DNA from: a virus
Virus record (IMG/VR): IMGVR_UViG_3300042541_001664
Location: 1-64,000 of that record
Reading direction: 5' to 3' (one strand)
Length of the DNA: 64,000 bases
Shown: piece by piece, positions 8,893 to 18,705 of the stretch
Layout: every line of letters starts with the position of its first letter
Numbering within the stretch: position 1 is the first letter of the stretch
The notes under the pieces: model-generated
The model's database searches: none
What the model saw: only the letters and a program-made list of their open reading frames with translations
What the model was told of the DNA's origin: nothing
Translations under genes and position numbers: made by a program

Positions 8893-9298
8893 TTAGTATT
8901 TTTTTTATGTCGGTGAAACAATTTCTATAAAGATTTATTTCATTGTACCTGGCTTCAACTTCTAATGGATTATCATAATATCCATGTTTTTTAGCCAATT
9001 TCTGGTACTTTGTCTTAATTGGCTGCAAGTAGTGAGTGTACTCGTGAATAATTGTCTTAATCAAACATCTAATGTAAACATTTCTTTCCAAATTTATGGA
9101 GATTATGTTATCTACCACACAATATTCGCCATATGTAGTTTTTGCCATATCATCAGCAATCCCCCCAAGTAAAGTTATCCTGGGTCTGGAATACCTCCAG
9201 TTTATTCCAATGTGCTTTTCACACCAGTCTATAACTGCAAACGCAATTGCTGTGCTTTCTGAAAAAGTTAAATCTTCTGTTTTTGTTAAAAGTTTCAT
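8885..9298 (-). CDS. Small zincin-like metallopeptidase (HExxH)
   Basis: TIIHEYTHYLQ...NPLEVEAR. Confidence 0.7.
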   Translation of the reverse strand: MKLLTKTEDLTFSESTAIAFAVIDWCEKHIGINWRYSRPRITLLGGIADDMAKTTYGEYCVVDNIISINLERNVYIRCLIKTIIHEYTHYLQPIKTKYQKLAKKHGYYDNPLEVEARYNEINLYRNCFTDIKKILNG

Positions 9299-9318
9299 GT
9301 GGTGGTTTGTTTAGATTA

Positions 9319-9350
9319 CAAAGATACAAATCACATTCAACAATTCCAAA
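9319..9350 (-). promoter_or_regulatory. Bacteroidota primary-sigma promoter
   Basis: TTTG-N20-TATCTTTG, matching the -33/-7 consensus TTTG/TAnnTTTG. Confidence 0.75.
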
Positions 9351-9351
9351 C

Positions 9352-9612
9352 TTATTCTAAAACTTTTAAAACTTTAATGTAAAAATAAATTATCACAAAT
9401 GATACTAATAATGAAAATAATAAGATTGTATAACTTACTTTAAGTTCACCTATAAAGGATTCTATTATTGATGCCATTGTTACAAATAACATAAAGCAAC
9501 CAAGCACAATTGCCATAAATGTGCCTAGCGATTTTAATGCTTTATTTTCATTTGTATTAAATAGCAAATACACCATAAAGGATATATAGCATAATAAAAA
9601 TACTACCATCAT
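9352..9612 (-). CDS. Hypothetical membrane protein (about 3 TM segments)
   Basis: Three hydrophobic stretches. Confidence 0.6.
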   Translation of the reverse strand: MMVVFLLCYISFMVYLLFNTNENKALKSLGTFMAIVLGCFMLFVTMASIIESFIGELKVSYTILLFSLLVSFVIIYFYIKVLKVLE

Positions 9613-9614
9613 AG

Positions 9615-9815
9615 TTAGAATTTGTATTTGTTAAAAACATCTTTTAATTCAAGTGGTTCAACAAGTGTTTTAGGATCAACTATTTTAAATACATTTTTTC
9701 CCTCACTAACACCCAACCCATAACTTCCAAATCTGCAATATGTTATACCATCAAGCATGAAAAACTTACCATCTGGAAGTTCATTAAATTCAATAGAATT
9801 TTCTGTGTTTGTCAT
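9615..9815 (-). CDS. Hypothetical protein
   Basis: 66 aa ORF in operon. Confidence 0.6.
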   Translation of the reverse strand: MTNTENSIEFNELPDGKFFMLDGITYCRFGSYGLGVSEGKNVFKIVDPKTLVEPLELKDVFNKYKF

Positions 9816-9873
9816 AGTTATTTTGTTTTGTTAAGAAAAGATAATAAACTTTGTCACATAATCCAAAATAAAA

Positions 9874-10779
9874 TCATTTTAAGTAAGAAAAAATATGTGC
9901 AATAACATCAACAGTCCAGGCATTGCCAATCATCTTTTTTGCTTGTGATACTGATACCAAATTTGTATACCCCTCTGGTAGTGTTTGAAGCCTCTCATAT
10001 TCCAATAATGAATAATATCTAAATGGTAGTTTATCTTTAAATGCGTTTGGATGTCTACCAATTGGCAAAGGGGTTAAAACATTATCCTTATCAACTGTTG
10101 TTAAGCAATTGCTTTTATTTGTGTTTGTTGCTCTAACTTCCAGACATTGTGTGATAGGAATATCTTTATTATAATCACTCCTCTTACCAGCCTCATTAAG
10201 CCTTCTACCAATGATGGTGGCCTTATTTAACCTTCTACCCCTAATTGCGGCTGGATTGGCATTAGAATCAATTTCTAGCACATCATTGAGGGTTATTCCC
10301 CTATCCTCAGGAATACCAACGCCAGGAATATTTGTCCAATATAATCTAACCCTATTCTGAGCTGATACTAATGAACTATTAATTTTGATTGGGGCAACTC
10401 CTAGATATTCTGTAATAATATCCTCATATTCTTTTTTCATCACAACATTTTCCAATAAGAAATATTTTGGTTTGCACTCATTAATCAATCTAACAAATTC
10501 AAAAAACAATTTACTTCTTGGATCGTCAAAATTAAGTTGCTTACCTGCAAATGAAAATCCTTGGCAAGGGCTACCGCCAATTAACAAATCAATCTTTGAT
10601 GCAATAAATTCAATTTTTGTCACATCACCTAATTGAACTGTGTTGGGGTAATGATGCTGTGTAACTTTTATGGCATTCTTATCTATTTCTGATGCAAAAT
10701 AATTGTTGTATGGAATATTAGCCTTATTCAAGGCAATTTGCCCACAACTTATTCCATCAAACAAACTCAATACATTCAT
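9874..10779 (-). CDS. DNA (cytosine-5)-methyltransferase
   Basis: Motif I LSLFDGISCG, IV GGSPCQGFS, VI ENV, VIII QNRVR, X GNAW. Confidence 0.95.
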   Translation of the reverse strand: MNVLSLFDGISCGQIALNKANIPYNNYFASEIDKNAIKVTQHHYPNTVQLGDVTKIEFIASKIDLLIGGSPCQGFSFAGKQLNFDDPRSKLFFEFVRLINECKPKYFLLENVVMKKEYEDIITEYLGVAPIKINSSLVSAQNRVRLYWTNIPGVGIPEDRGITLNDVLEIDSNANPAAIRGRRLNKATIIGRRLNEAGKRSDYNKDIPITQCLEVRATNTNKSNCLTTVDKDNVLTPLPIGRHPNAFKDKLPFRYYSLLEYERLQTLPEGYTNLVSVSQAKKMIGNAWTVDVIAHIFSYLK

Positions 10780-10835
10780 ATTTCAATATTTTTTAATATA
10801 TGAGCAATAACATCAACTGCCCACGCATTACCTAT
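10776..10835 (-). pseudogene. Orphan C5-MTase motif X remnant (IGNAWAVDVIAHILKNIEI*)
   Basis: Reading frame begins at the HNH stop codon and ends with the ATGA overlap typical of the array. Confidence 0.85.
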
Positions 10836-11425
10836 TATGTATTTAAATTTAATGCTTGTTTAAATTTAATACAATCATTCCAATAACAACCATTACAAGT
10901 CCCTTCATATTTATCAACACCTTCAATATATGAAATAGGAAAACCTAAAGTTTTAGCATCAAATCTTATACCTGTATTAATACATCGAGTACAATCTGTT
11001 CTTTTGTTTAAATTTGCTTGACCACACAAAGGCTGAAAATCTTCTACTTTTTGAGTCTCTGTATTTAAAACATTTTCATCATCATACCTACCATTTTTAT
11101 GGTCAATAACAATTCGATTGTTAGTTGTATCATTAAACCCTGTATGCACACAAGGTTTATTCGATAATTGATTTCTAATTTCTTTTTTTATAGGTCTATT
11201 GGATTTTTGAATTTCAACAAATCCATTAAACCTCCAATGTGTTATATTATTAATTATTTTTTTTTCTAATTTTAGATGGTTCAAACCCCTATTCCTCATC
11301 CAATGATTACCATTTCTTGGATATAAATTAGCAAAATCATCAACAAGTTCATTTTTTGAAACCCATCTTGATATTCCGTATTTATCTGGTTTGAATAATA
11401 AGAGAACCAAATTTGTATTACTCAT
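10835..11425 (-). CDS. HNH endonuclease, IceA/NlaIII-like
   Basis: KPDKYGISRWV, IDHKNGR, DFQPLC..AN..KR..C..C, GCYW.D match remembered NlaIII/IceA1 motifs. Confidence 0.7.
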   Translation of the reverse strand: MSNTNLVLLLFKPDKYGISRWVSKNELVDDFANLYPRNGNHWMRNRGLNHLKLEKKIINNITHWRFNGFVEIQKSNRPIKKEIRNQLSNKPCVHTGFNDTTNNRIVIDHKNGRYDDENVLNTETQKVEDFQPLCGQANLNKRTDCTRCINTGIRFDAKTLGFPISYIEGVDKYEGTCNGCYWNDCIKFKQALNLNT

Positions 11426-11485
11426 AATTTTGTTTTTTAATTAAGGTAAAATTAATGTTTTTTTTTAATTAAAGTAAATTTATTA

Positions 11486-12316
11486 CTAAATATTTTTGAA
11501 AATGTGGAAAATAACATCAACTGTCCAGCCATCACCAATACAATCATACGCCTCATCATAAGATAGTATTTTTGTATATCCAACAGGTAGGGTTTGTAAT
11601 TTTTCTATTTCAGTTTGCGATAAATATCTATACACCCCATCTCTGTATAGGTAATTTTCATTCCATTTCTTATGACCTAATGCTGTGAGGCATCCACTCT
11701 TAGGATATGGATTCACTTTAGTATATCCATTTTTTATTGATTTTTTACCGCTTTCAGAATTAAGCCATTTTACTCTACACTCATCAGCCAACACCCCGGA
11801 ATAATCAAAAATATCATTTGTAGTTATTCCCTTATCTAGGGGTTGTTTAATGTCTGGGATATTTGTCCAGTAATATCTTGGTCTATTTTGTGCTGAAACT
11901 AATTTACTATTAATTGATATTGGTTTTATTCCTAAAGTTTCAGTAATAGTATTGGTGGCCTCCTTGTTACCATGAGTATTTTCAAGTAGGTAATATTTTG
12001 GTTTAACTTCATCAAGTAATCTAATATATTCCCAGAACAATCTACTTTCTGAATGTTCAAGTCCTTCTTGATTTTTATTTAGCCTTGAGATACCCTTACA
12101 AGGGCTACCACCAATAAATAAATCAATCTTTGGTAAATCACTACCTTTTAAATTTAAAATATCCCCCAATTGAATTGTGTTGGGGTAATTATCTAAAGTG
12201 CATTTTATTGCGTGAGGTTTAATTTCAGATGCATAATAATTGTCATATGATATATTTGCTCTATTTAAAGCAATTTGCCCACAACTGATTCCATCAAACA
12301 AACTTAATACATTCAT
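11486..12316 (-). CDS. DNA (cytosine-5)-methyltransferase
   Basis: LSLFDG, GGSPCKG, ENT, QNRPR, GDGW. Confidence 0.92.
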   Translation of the reverse strand: MNVLSLFDGISCGQIALNRANISYDNYYASEIKPHAIKCTLDNYPNTIQLGDILNLKGSDLPKIDLFIGGSPCKGISRLNKNQEGLEHSESRLFWEYIRLLDEVKPKYYLLENTHGNKEATNTITETLGIKPISINSKLVSAQNRPRYYWTNIPDIKQPLDKGITTNDIFDYSGVLADECRVKWLNSESGKKSIKNGYTKVNPYPKSGCLTALGHKKWNENYLYRDGVYRYLSQTEIEKLQTLPVGYTKILSYDEAYDCIGDGWTVDVIFHIFKNI

Positions 12317-13383
12317 ATTTCAATATTTTTAAATATGTGAGCAATAACATCAACAGTCCAACCATTCCCCAGCATTTTATACCTTTGAGTATTTGAAACA
12401 CTTTTTGTATATCCAATAGGTACAGTTTGAAGTTTCTCGAAATGGTTCGGATTTAAATAAAACATTTCTTTACCATCAGTAATCGTTTTTCGCTGTCCTA
12501 CACCTGTTAGTGTTGTAAGTGTTGGATGCTTTCCATCAATATGATAAATTCGTTTTGCCATATCAAATGAATTGTTTTTAATTTCAAATTCTGTAACCGC
12601 CTTATCATATTTACAATCTTCAATACTCAAACATTTTTTTAGTTTATCCCAATATTCAACATCAGGTATTGAAAAACTGCCATCCATTCTGAACCAATGT
12701 TCTACCATAGTTTTTGGGGCATCACAAAAATTTGCTATTTCGTTTATCGTTTTTGTTTTATGGTTTCGCAAAAATAAAGCAAGTTCTTTTTTATCAATGT
12801 AATTTTTTCTTACACTAACTTTAAAATCAGATTTGCTCATCAGTATTTTATTTTTACGTTCATTAACAATCGGTAGTCCTAAAACATCTGCAATAACTTC
12901 ATTTGAGTTTGGTAATTCATTTTGAAAAGGAATATTTGTCCAATACAATCGTTTTCTCTGCTGTGCTGAAAATAATGAACTGCAAATCTCAATAGGTTTT
13001 ACACCCAACTCATTTGATATTATATCTTGCCACTCTTGTTTCATTTTAACATTCTCCAAAAGAAAATATTTTGGTTTTGTTTCCTTTAATACTCTAACAT
13101 ATTCCCAAAATAATTTACTCTTCCCATCAAATCCATTTCTTAAACCTGCGTTGCTGAAACTTTGACAAGGGCTACCCCCAATTAGCAAATCAATCTTTGG
13201 TAGATCATCTCCATTTATTTGGGTTACATCCCCCAATTGTATTGTTTCTGGATAATTGTGTTGCGTAACATTTATAGCATTCTTATCAATTTCAGCAGCA
13301 TAATACTTATCATAAGGAATATTTGCTCGATTTAAAGCAATCTGTCCGCAACTCATACCATCAAACAAACTTAATACATTCAT
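12313..13383 (-). CDS. DNA (cytosine-5)-methyltransferase with an HTH-like insert in the variable region
   Basis: Canonical motifs plus KTINEIANFCDAPKTMVEHWFRMDGSFSIP. Confidence 0.92.
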   Translation of the reverse strand: MNVLSLFDGMSCGQIALNRANIPYDKYYAAEIDKNAINVTQHNYPETIQLGDVTQINGDDLPKIDLLIGGSPCQSFSNAGLRNGFDGKSKLFWEYVRVLKETKPKYFLLENVKMKQEWQDIISNELGVKPIEICSSLFSAQQRKRLYWTNIPFQNELPNSNEVIADVLGLPIVNERKNKILMSKSDFKVSVRKNYIDKKELALFLRNHKTKTINEIANFCDAPKTMVEHWFRMDGSFSIPDVEYWDKLKKCLSIEDCKYDKAVTEFEIKNNSFDMAKRIYHIDGKHPTLTTLTGVGQRKTITDGKEMFYLNPNHFEKLQTVPIGYTKSVSNTQRYKMLGNGWTVDVIAHIFKNIEI

Positions 13384-14570
13384 AATTCAATATTTTTTAG
13401 TATATGAGCAATAACATCAACAGTCCAACCATTCCCCAACATCTTATATCTTTGGGTATTTGATACCCCTTCTGTATAATTGTCAGGAACAGTTTGCAAT
13501 CTTTCACACTCAATGGGAGTTAATTTCCTAATCTTGTATTTATCGTTTATATCATCTGTTATTAGTGCATTACCAATCCCAGTACTTCCACCACTATTTG
13601 CTGACAAACAAGGTGATTTTCCATCAGTTGAATATATTCTTTCCCCTTGTGAAAAGTTTCTTTGCAAGTTTTTCCCATTATCAAGCCATTTCTTATTTCC
13701 ACCCAATGCACCAACACATTTTAATTCAGATTCTGAATGATGACTATCAATTGTAATAACATATGGCATAAAGGAGGGGGTAATTGCAGTAAATTTACCT
13801 TCATCTGAATAAATTCTATCCTGTAATGATGGTTGTAAATCTGGAATTCCATTTCTACCCCCCTTTGAGTTAATACATATTGGAATATCTTTAATATATT
13901 GCTGATCCCTACCACCCATTTTATAATATCCAGCATGTATTGTTCCTGACTTTTCTGGTAAACTAGTTTCTTTAATGACTTTATTATTGTGTCTATTTAA
14001 TTTTTCAATAGCAATCTTTGATATGTAATATTTATCATCCACAATAGGTTCTAAAATATCTTTTAAATATATTTTTCTATTTTCTGGTTGTTCTATACCT
14101 CCAATATTGGTCCAATACAACCTAAGTCTGTTCTGCGCTGACACCAATGAACTATTAATTCTTATTGGTTCAACACCCATATGCTCTGAAATTATATCAG
14201 AAAACTCTTTCTTCATTTTTACATTCTCAAGCAAAAATTTTACATCTGGGTTCTTTATTCTAACTTCATTTAATATTCTAACAAACTCAAAAAACAATTT
14301 GCTTCTTGGGTCATCAAAATTAAGTTGCTTACCAGCAAAAGAGAACCCCTGACATGGACTCCCCCCAATTAACAAATCAATCTTTGGTAAAGTACTCGCA
14401 TCTAATTTTGTTACATCCCCCAGTTGTTTTGTGTTTGGGTGATTTTTCTGTGTAACTTGCATAGCGTATTTATCAATTTCACAAGCAAAATAATTATCAT
14501 AATTCAGCCCCAATTTATTCAAGGCAATTTGACCACAAGACATCCCATCAAATAAACTTAATATATTCAT
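13380..14570 (-). CDS. DNA (cytosine-5)-methyltransferase with a long, possibly multi-TRD variable region
   Basis: Canonical motifs; repeated QDRIYSDEGK and QGERIYSTDGK segments. Confidence 0.92.
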   Translation of the reverse strand: MNILSLFDGMSCGQIALNKLGLNYDNYFACEIDKYAMQVTQKNHPNTKQLGDVTKLDASTLPKIDLLIGGSPCQGFSFAGKQLNFDDPRSKLFFEFVRILNEVRIKNPDVKFLLENVKMKKEFSDIISEHMGVEPIRINSSLVSAQNRLRLYWTNIGGIEQPENRKIYLKDILEPIVDDKYYISKIAIEKLNRHNNKVIKETSLPEKSGTIHAGYYKMGGRDQQYIKDIPICINSKGGRNGIPDLQPSLQDRIYSDEGKFTAITPSFMPYVITIDSHHSESELKCVGALGGNKKWLDNGKNLQRNFSQGERIYSTDGKSPCLSANSGGSTGIGNALITDDINDKYKIRKLTPIECERLQTVPDNYTEGVSNTQRYKMLGNGWTVDVIAHILKNIEL

Positions 14571-15382
14571 AATTTAATATTTTTTAATATATGGGCAATA
14601 ACATCAACTGTCCACCCGTTCCCCAACATTTTATACCTTTGAGTGTTTGAAACACTTTTTGTATATCCAATAGGCATAGTTTGTATTCTTTCACATTCTT
14701 CTGGCGTAAGCATTCTATGGGCAGTTCTATCATCATCTAAAAAACTTTCCCTAATACTAATTGCTGGTCTACCACTTCCTCTTATACCTTTGTAATAGGT
14801 TGCAGTTAATGTGTTAAATATATTTTTTTGTTTAAAAACTCTATCTACCCCACAAGATGTTGGAAACCCTTCTCCCTCTATAAAATCAGAAATATTGTAA
14901 TGCTTTTGTTCAGGCTGCACCACATTTGGTATATTAGTCCAATATAGTCTTCTTCGTGCTTGGGGTACAAATTTAGCACTTGAAATTTCAATTGGTTTAA
15001 CATTTAACGCTTCAGTAATTATATCTTCCCACTCTTTTTTCATAATTACATTTTCCAATAAAAAATAAGTTGGATTAACCTCTTTTAATACTCTAACATA
15101 ATCCCAGAATAATCCACTTTTCCCATCAAAACCTGTATTATCACCAACTCTACTAAAACTTTGACAAGGACTACCGCCAATCACCAAATCAATCTTTGGT
15201 AATGTACTAACATCTAGTTTTGTTATATCCCCTAACTGAATTGTTTTTGGATAATTATGTTGGGCTACATCCATAGCATATTTATCAATCTCAGATGCAA
15301 AATAATTATCATATTGCACCCCTACTCTATTTAGAGCAATCTGTCCACAAGACATCCCATCAAATAAACTTAATACATTCAT
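14567..15382 (-). CDS. DNA (cytosine-5)-methyltransferase
   Basis: LSLFDG, GGSPCQSFS, ENV, QARRR, TLTATYYKG, GNGW. Confidence 0.93.
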   Translation of the reverse strand: MNVLSLFDGMSCGQIALNRVGVQYDNYFASEIDKYAMDVAQHNYPKTIQLGDITKLDVSTLPKIDLVIGGSPCQSFSRVGDNTGFDGKSGLFWDYVRVLKEVNPTYFLLENVIMKKEWEDIITEALNVKPIEISSAKFVPQARRRLYWTNIPNVVQPEQKHYNISDFIEGEGFPTSCGVDRVFKQKNIFNTLTATYYKGIRGSGRPAISIRESFLDDDRTAHRMLTPEECERIQTMPIGYTKSVSNTQRYKMLGNGWTVDVIAHILKNIKL

Positions 15383-15390
15383 AAAAATTA

Positions 15391-16014
15391 TTAATTAATT
15401 GTTGATAATAAAACTTCTCTACACAATTCTTCTGGGATTTTGCTTCTCTCATACGATCCTTTTCTACCTTGTGTTCCAGTCTTAGAACCCCTTGGTGCAG
15501 GTGCGTGATGACATTCTTTGTTACCATTATGACATACTGGTCTTGGAATCCATGTATCAGAGTTTGTCCATATATCAGTTGGTTTGGCTCTTTCATCACC
15601 ATATGTGCAATACCAAACAGTATGTCTTTTAAACTCTTGCATCCATGGCATTTTACGCAACATACCCCTTGGATTCTCAATAAAGAAAACCATATTAGGA
15701 TTTATCTCCAACCATTCTTTTATTAAAGAAATAAAATGCTGATTTGTAATATCACATTTTTTTGCATATTCACTTTTTGGTTCTGTATTATTTCTATGTG
15801 TAGAAATAGCAGCTATAGTATATGTAGTACAGTCTGGTGAAGCCCAAATAACATCAGGGGTAAAAGGTATATCTTCTTTTGTTAATTTTGCAACATCAAT
15901 ACATAAATCAATATCTTCATATTTCTCCCAGTCAACAGAAAATACATTCATCCCCAACTCATCCCCAACTTTGCCAATAGATCTGCTACCAGCAAATAAC
16001 TCCAATACATTCAT
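15391..16014 (-). CDS. Short phage-type cytosine methyltransferase of a distinct subfamily
   Basis: LELFAGSRS, WASPDCT, IENPRG, KPTDIW, ERSKIP. Confidence 0.8.
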   Translation of the reverse strand: MNVLELFAGSRSIGKVGDELGMNVFSVDWEKYEDIDLCIDVAKLTKEDIPFTPDVIWASPDCTTYTIAAISTHRNNTEPKSEYAKKCDITNQHFISLIKEWLEINPNMVFFIENPRGMLRKMPWMQEFKRHTVWYCTYGDERAKPTDIWTNSDTWIPRPVCHNGNKECHHAPAPRGSKTGTQGRKGSYERSKIPEELCREVLLSTIN

Positions 16015-16076
16015 ATAAGTTTGTTTTATCTAAATATAAGTGAATATACTAAATAGTCCAAACTAATAATTTAATT

Positions 16077-16379
16077 TTAAGCGATTTTATTTGCATCAAT
16101 AACGTATCCAGCCATATCAGCCTTAACCCCATTTATAACTCCCTTTGAATTTCTTATAAATGATGCCGACCCTTTAAACGGGAAATAAGTTATGGTAAAT
16201 ACATCCTTCTTATCAGAGGGTGTGAAACTAATTGTTTTACCATCATAGGTAAATTTTATCTTATTACCATCAGTATATAACTTACCAGTCCTTCCATCAT
16301 TGGCTTTATATTCACCAAGATATTCATCCAAAATTATTTCAGATTTTTTTTGATTGAAAAATTTAAAAACATTAAACAT
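16077..16379 (-). CDS. Hypothetical beta-rich protein, possibly DUF3471-like
   Basis: LDEYLGEY...FTPSDKKDVF...FIRNSKGVING. Confidence 0.55.
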   Translation of the reverse strand: MFNVFKFFNQKKSEIILDEYLGEYKANDGRTGKLYTDGNKIKFTYDGKTISFTPSDKKDVFTITYFPFKGSASFIRNSKGVINGVKADMAGYVIDANKIA

Positions 16380-16380
16380 A

Positions 16381-16980
16381 TTATTGCATTTTACTTTTTA
16401 CCATATTATAAAAGTATTTGCTAATATCATTTGGGGATGTTATGTTTTTGCTTTTAAGATCATCCCTAAATCTAATTATCATACTTTTTATTGATTGAAC
16501 TGATATATTTCTATATGGTGAATTTGCCCTATAATTCTTATCAATTAAATCTTTTTTCTGTAATTCTCTTATCTTTCTCATTGCAAATTCATCAGCAACC
16601 TCTTCTGTCTGTTTCATAAACTTGGCGGCCTCATCAATGCTAACATCACCAGAATAAACGCCATACATAATTTTATCACCATATTTCTTAAACTGGAATT
16701 GATGTGCAACCTCGTGGAAAATAACAAAAACCAAAAAACTTAAATTATCCCCAATCATATTTGAGTTTATCAAAACGCCATTATGTAATGCCAATCCTAG
16801 TGCTGGATAATTAAATTTTGCAAACTCAATTTTCTTACATCCAGATTCTTCAATAAAATCTAACATTTCCACGTATAAAGAATCAGATATATCATACTCT
16901 GCTTGTATCTTATTTAAAAAGATAGTTATACCATCAGTTTCCTCATTAATTAGTGTTTTAAAAATTTCTATTAGTTTCAT
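16381..16980 (-). CDS. HExxH metallopeptidase-like protein with LxE leader
   Basis: MKLIEIFKTLINEE; FHEVAHQFQ...EEVADEFA. Confidence 0.7.
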   Translation of the reverse strand: MKLIEIFKTLINEETDGITIFLNKIQAEYDISDSLYVEMLDFIEESGCKKIEFAKFNYPALGLALHNGVLINSNMIGDNLSFLVFVIFHEVAHQFQFKKYGDKIMYGVYSGDVSIDEAAKFMKQTEEVADEFAMRKIRELQKKDLIDKNYRANSPYRNISVQSIKSMIIRFRDDLKSKNITSPNDISKYFYNMVKSKMQ

Positions 16981-16984
16981 ATCA

Positions 16985-18652
16985 TTAATCTGTTCTAAAT
17001 ATTATCCAGGTATCATCACAAGCATATACCTCTTCCCACTCACCAGTATAAGACGATAAAGTTGCATACTGATCTATTTTAAACATCTCCAAGGCAAATG
17101 CATCCATATTAAAATAATTTTCCTTATCAAAATCATAATCGTTCATAAATGATATGGGATTATTTTCATATACCTCATATCTTGAATCTATTGCAGCCTG
17201 AATTAACTCTTCAGAAATTTCATCTGGGCGGGCATTTATATATTCAATTTCATTTTCCAAATAATCTATTCTATCTTCATCTGTTGCTGTTTCAAGTTCC
17301 TTTTTTATTTCTTGAATTTCTTTTTCTTGGGCAGAACTTAAAACTCTATCATCAATATAATCTTTAGGTGAATCATATATCATTTCTGAAAAAAAATCAT
17401 ATATTTCATCATTATCCATTTTAATTACCTTATCAAAATTAATACCCATTCTCTTTAATTTTGTATAATAGGGTTCTTTTAAAATATAATCAAACTGATT
17501 ATTATAACTATCTGCAATTGATTCTAATGCATTTATACGTGCAGTTTCCTCATCATAAATTGTATATGTAACATTAGTTTCTTCCAAATCATCATAAAAA
17601 GTAAACTCAGTATGACTAAAATTAATATTATATTCATCAATTAATGATTTCTTAATATCATTATATTCATTTATTTTTTCACCAAATTCACTATCAGATA
17701 ATTCACTAGAATTTACTATTGAATTTATTAGTTTGGCAAAATATAAACTTTCTTGCCTTGATGCTATATCTACCCCACTCTTACCTGAAAGGAATTTAAA
17801 TGCTGCTAATCTTCTGCAATCCTCCCTAGACGCACCTTTTATACTTTCACCCTGAATGCGGGCTTCATTTTGCTCAATTTCCTCATCACTAATAATTAAA
17901 TCAATTCTTTTTCTAATTGTATCAGCATATTTTTTAAAATCTAAATCAGTTAATCTAAAATCTTCACCTGATTGATATTCAGATCCAAACGATTTTATAA
18001 AATAATCACCATCTTGATTTTTTAATTCAAGCAATTTAACAATATACTTATGGTAAATTGATTCAACTTTTTTGTTGAACCTTCCCTTCAATTGATAAAC
18101 AACCCCAGACTTAATGGCTGCTGTGGCAACTGATTTATTTGTAACTTTACCAGAAGTTTTTAATTCATTAACTCTTAAAGAATATATAACCCCCTTGCCT
18201 GACCTACCACAATGTCCCATTCTTTCAGCCTCTTCTGTGCAGGGATTTTGGTTTAATCTAACCCAATAGTATCCTATACCATCATTATCTCTAAAATCTA
18301 ATATAACTTTGTTTTTTTCATCATATTCAAAATCATATTCTTTAGCCTTTAAACTTTTATGCCAAGTTTCTTGCATTTCAACTAATGTATCAAAATCAAC
18401 ATTTCTTATTGTTTGGATATTACCATTTAATCCAACTCTAATCCAATCAATAATTCCTGTTATTTTTTCTATTTTTGATTTAATCCTTTTATCCTTTATT
18501 TTCTTTGCAATCCACATAGATAATTTGCCAGCCGTAGCATAAAGCAGTTCAGCATCAGATTGGGTTAACTTTGTTATTTTAACCAGATTATCAATTGTAG
18601 CTTTATTTTCAGTTAGAATACCAAATTGACTCTCTGTTATAATTATTTTCAT
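16985..18652 (-). CDS. Large acidic protein with LxE leader and a PcfJ-like segment
   Basis: MKIIITESQFGILTE; EAERMGHCG...IYSLR...QLKGRFN; ATATTTAT at 18672-18679. Confidence 0.7.
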   Translation of the reverse strand: MKIIITESQFGILTENKATIDNLVKITKLTQSDAELLYATAGKLSMWIAKKIKDKRIKSKIEKITGIIDWIRVGLNGNIQTIRNVDFDTLVEMQETWHKSLKAKEYDFEYDEKNKVILDFRDNDGIGYYWVRLNQNPCTEEAERMGHCGRSGKGVIYSLRVNELKTSGKVTNKSVATAAIKSGVVYQLKGRFNKKVESIYHKYIVKLLELKNQDGDYFIKSFGSEYQSGEDFRLTDLDFKKYADTIRKRIDLIISDEEIEQNEARIQGESIKGASREDCRRLAAFKFLSGKSGVDIASRQESLYFAKLINSIVNSSELSDSEFGEKINEYNDIKKSLIDEYNINFSHTEFTFYDDLEETNVTYTIYDEETARINALESIADSYNNQFDYILKEPYYTKLKRMGINFDKVIKMDNDEIYDFFSEMIYDSPKDYIDDRVLSSAQEKEIQEIKKELETATDEDRIDYLENEIEYINARPDEISEELIQAAIDSRYEVYENNPISFMNDYDFDKENYFNMDAFALEMFKIDQYATLSSYTGEWEEVYACDDTWIIFRTD

Positions 18653-18705
18653 AATTTATGTATTTATTACTATAAATATAATATATTTTAAAAACAAAAG
18701 AAAAT

